From contig JBFRWN010000015.1 in assembly GCA_051439605.1 (NCBI GenBank), forward strand, positions 21,378 through 85,377: DNA of 64,000 nt. The letters are read 5' to 3'. The stretch comes from Synechococcus sp. (GTDB taxonomy: Bacteria > Cyanobacteriota > Cyanobacteriia > Thermostichales > PCC-7336). The notes beneath the pieces were generated by a model. It had not been told where the DNA came from. It was given only the letters and a program-made list of their open reading frames with translations, and searched no databases. The position numbers were made by a program, and so were the translations under genes. Shown here in pieces: positions 62,491-64,000 of the stretch. How positions within the stretch are numbered: position 1 is the first letter of the stretch; every line of letters starts with the position of its first letter.

Positions 62491-62988
62491 GTGAAAACAG
62501 ACTCAATTTTCTATCAGTTATTCGCAGTCTATCCGGCTAGCTTTTTCGAGCTGGTAGGCTTACCCGCTGCAGAAGCCCAGTCCTATCGGTTTGACTCAGT
62601 CGAAGTCAAGCAAACGGCCTTTCGTATTGATGGTGTCTTTTTGGCACCTGGCGATCGTCCGTCAAGCCCCACCTACTACGTCGAAATCCAGTTTCAATCC
62701 GATCCCGATCTCTACAAGCGGCTATTCTCCGAAATCTTCCTGCATCTGCGTTACGACACCTCCAACCACCCTTGGCGGGCTGTCGTTTACCAAGAAGCTT
62801 TGCGGGAATGTTGCGAGGAAGGAATCCATAAAGGGCTGCATCGTGTGGAGATCGCGGCATCTAATCCACAGAAGATCTCATCCAACTTGCCCTCAGAACA
62901 GCCGAATCACAGTCCACACAAACAGCCCCTTCCAAACCTTGACGACACCCAAAGCCGTTATTACGCTGTAATCACAAGTCAAGGCTAA
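62491..62988 (+). pseudogene. Rpn/DUF2887 recombination-promoting nuclease remnant
   Basis: MKTDSIFYQLF, SVEVKQTAFRIDGVF, YVEIQFQ, then an apparent jump to C-terminal YQE..EEG and a non-homologous tail. Confidence 0.7.
62939..62972 (+). promoter_or_regulatory. Putative sigma70 promoter with overlapping palindromic operator of the TA operon
   Basis: TTGACG(62939)-N17-TACGCT; ATTAC-gct-GTAAT palindrome at 62960-62972. Confidence 0.5.
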
Positions 62989-62992
62989 AGTC

Positions 62993-63232
62993 ATGCCAGA
63001 CCAAAACGCTTCAACCACAAAAGTGCGGAGATCGGGGAATTCCGCCTCGGTGACCCTCTCCAAAGAAATTCTTGAACAATCCGGTATTCAATTAGGCGAC
63101 TCCGTAACCATTTCCGCCAAAGACGGACGCATCATTATCGAACCCATCGATCCGGATTTTGAAGAAGCAATGCAACTCTACCGGGAATTCAGTTCTACCC
63201 ATCGCAATGTCATGCGAGAACTCGCTAAATGA
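62993..63232 (+). CDS. AbrB/MazE-family antitoxin
   Basis: KVRRSGNSASVTLSKEIL...GDSV...IIIEP; ATGA overlap with the toxin gene. Confidence 0.9.
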   Translation: MPDQNASTTKVRRSGNSASVTLSKEILEQSGIQLGDSVTISAKDGRIIIEPIDPDFEEAMQLYREFSSTHRNVMRELAK

Positions 63233-63624
63233 CAGCTCCTCGATGGCTGACTGCAGACATCGTTATCGCTATCCACGACACTTCGATCGCCCAATTTGGG
63301 GGTTCCCCTTGCATTCGAGATCGCGGACTATTGGAATCTGCGCTCGCCAGACCCCTAAATATGTATGCCTATGAAACTCCCGATATCTTTACGCTAGCCG
63401 CCGCTTACGGATACGGAATCACCCAAAATCACGCCTTTATCGATGGCAACAAGCGCGCAGCACTGGCTGCAATGGCTGTATTTCTAGGTCTCAATGGCTA
63501 TACCTTCGAGCAGCCAGGTCCTCAAACCGTTCTCGTGATGGAAGGTCTGGCCCATGGAAGTGTAAGGGAATCAGAGCTAGTGGAATGGCTGAGAAAGAAC
63601 AGTGTCGAGTGGCGATCGCATTGA
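63229..63624 (+). CDS. doc: Death-on-curing (Doc/Fic) toxin
   Basis: IRDRGLLESALARP, HAFIDGNKR motif. Confidence 0.92.
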   Translation: MTAPRWLTADIVIAIHDTSIAQFGGSPCIRDRGLLESALARPLNMYAYETPDIFTLAAAYGYGITQNHAFIDGNKRAALAAMAVFLGLNGYTFEQPGPQTVLVMEGLAHGSVRESELVEWLRKNSVEWRSH

Positions 63625-63898
63625 AATCTCGTCTAGATCTTTTTCACGCTGAAGTCTGGAGTTTTCTAGAAGGCATTCAGAAGCTCGTAATCCTGCGCCG
63701 AAGGCGAGCCTAGTTCGAAAACCATAGTTTTTGGAGCTGACCTAAAGACCTTTGAAGACAATCCCGATCGAGCCTGTTTCAATGCCTGTCGGGCTTGATA
63801 GCATGCCAGCATAGAAGTCCCTCTCTGAGATACAAAATTTTCCTGTCAGCTTCGGACGGTATTGCCGAGGGGCCTAGTCACTACAAGGATGAAGGGCA

Positions 63899-64000
63899 AT
63901 GAAAGCAGTTGTCATACACCAACACGGCTCAGCAGACGTGCTGCAATACGAAGACATTCCTCCACCTTCTATCAAACCGCGTTGCCTGCTGGTCAAAGTC
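63899..64000 (+). CDS. Zn-ADH / quinone oxidoreductase (MDR) family, N-terminal fragment truncated by the window end
   Basis: MKAVVIHQHGSADVLQYEDIPPPSIKPRCLLVKV. Confidence 0.75.
   Translation, partial: MKAVVIHQHGSADVLQYEDIPPPSIKPRCLLVKV

Larger units (their letters stand above)
1..64000. repeat. HIP1 octamer GCGATCGC dispersed throughout
   Basis: Many copies, e.g. 5077, 54398, 62439; present in core genes and in the defence island. Confidence 0.9.

Noticed and set aside
106..63374. Many short ORFs antisense to or nested in long genes
   Set aside because: Shadow ORFs of well-supported CDSs, without motifs or RBS support
1..64000. CRISPR array, rRNA, integrase or IS transposase
   Set aside because: No regularly spaced repeat-spacer series, rRNA-like sequence or transposase/integrase ORF was seen

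Overview
Cyanobacterial chromosome segment, identified by abundant HIP1 (GCGATCGC), psaF-psaJ-psaL, pilMNOQ and a cyanobacterial-type 6S RNA. The nickel SOD (sodN/sodX) hints at a marine or saline strain. Bases 1-54 kb are mostly core genes: glgX, mdh, ridA, rplS, glcE/F, clpS, cdsA, purL, a KamA lysine 2,3-aminomutase, ssb, tRNA-Pro, nnr, tsaD, radA and cbiT. Two genes there are interrupted: a futA-like iron-binding protein with one in-frame amber codon, and an AbrB-type membrane protein with a homopolymer frameshift. From about 54.2 to 63.6 kb lies a defence island. It holds a PbeABCD-like phosphorothioation-associated module (PLD-helicase, small protein, Rad50/SMC-like ATPase, Dnd-associated protein 4), split by one intact and one decayed Uma2 nuclease. 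Directly behind it are a stand-alone sulfur-binding-domain (SBD)-like gene, an overlapping SBD-like-HNH gene, an Rpn/DUF2887 remnant and an AbrB-Doc toxin-antitoxin pair. No dnd/ssp modification genes are visible in the window. The Pbe-like module plus twin SBD/HNH arrangement is the best candidate for an undescribed system. All calls come from motif recognition by eye; no database searches were run.
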